Part shown: piece by piece, positions 63,989 through 64,000 of the stretch
Numbering within the stretch: the first letter of the stretch is position 1
Layout of the letters: the number at the start of each line of letters is the position of its first letter
Source of the DNA: an uncultured Myxococcales bacterium
GTDB taxonomy: Bacteria > Myxococcota_A > Bradymonadia > UBA7976 > VGTA01
Length of the DNA: 64,000 bases
Assembly (NCBI GenBank): GCA_937146725.1
Contig: CAKZRU010000110.1
Span: forward strand, 13,737 to 77,736
Reading direction: 5' to 3'
Translations under genes and position numbers: made by a program
The notes under the pieces: generated by a model
Database searches by the model: none
The model's input: the letters and a program-made list of their open reading frames with translations, nothing else
What the model was told of the DNA's origin: nothing

Positions 63989-64000
63989 AACTGCAAGCGC

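Noticed and set aside
1-64000. Searched the translations for transposases, integrases, phage structural genes, toxin-antitoxin pairs and secretion-system genes.
   Set aside because: None is recognisable in any listed ORF. The window looks like core chromosome with a few accessory-like insertions.

Overview
This is a 64-kb chromosomal segment of a Gram-negative bacterium, shown by TolB-Pal, SurA-type chaperones, an OPT transporter and Mfd. It is AT-leaning and densely coding, with about 50 CDS and one tRNA-Phe. All function calls come from motifs I read in the supplied or self-made translations; no similarity search was possible. Most content is housekeeping: Grx4/BolA, type II glutamine synthetase, an MscK-like channel, thiolase, a TPP enzyme E1-alpha subunit, split transketolase, TrmH, Mfd, two PpiC/SurA proteins, GlpD, AtoE and an RluA-family synthase. 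Mixed in are lineage-typical signalling and envelope genes: two paralogous Hanks kinases, two FGE-sulfatase-domain proteins, and a very large zinc metalloprotease lipoprotein that the ORF track misses because it runs off the left edge. The kinases, FGE domains, a PEGA/TPR protein and a RelA/SpoT-like protein suggest a Bdellovibrionota/Myxococcota-like lineage, at low confidence. I found no transposase, integrase, prophage, rRNA or CRISPR array. Items worth a second look: (1) a 64-codon Ser/Cys-rich peptide ORF followed 15 nt later by an HPr-kinase-like P-loop protein, behind an O-methyltransferase and a secreted protein (55.5-58.7 kb). (2) A multi-wHTH Mrr-type nuclease followed by a RelA/SpoT-like nucleotidyltransferase, behind an unusually long 0.5-kb repeat-rich non-coding spacer (28.3-31.6 kb). 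(3) Short perfect tandem arrays (11-19 bp, 3-4 copies) that recur at gene ends and often include the stop codon. One of these (52134-52196) forms a ladder of ATGA-overlapping 6-codon mini-ORFs, each with its own GAGGA. (4) Near-perfect in-frame tandem repeats in at least six CDS. (5) Shared unusual periplasmic tails (Lys-rich stretch plus a Cys-pair beta domain) on the two kinases. None of these is proven; each needs comparative genomics or experiment.
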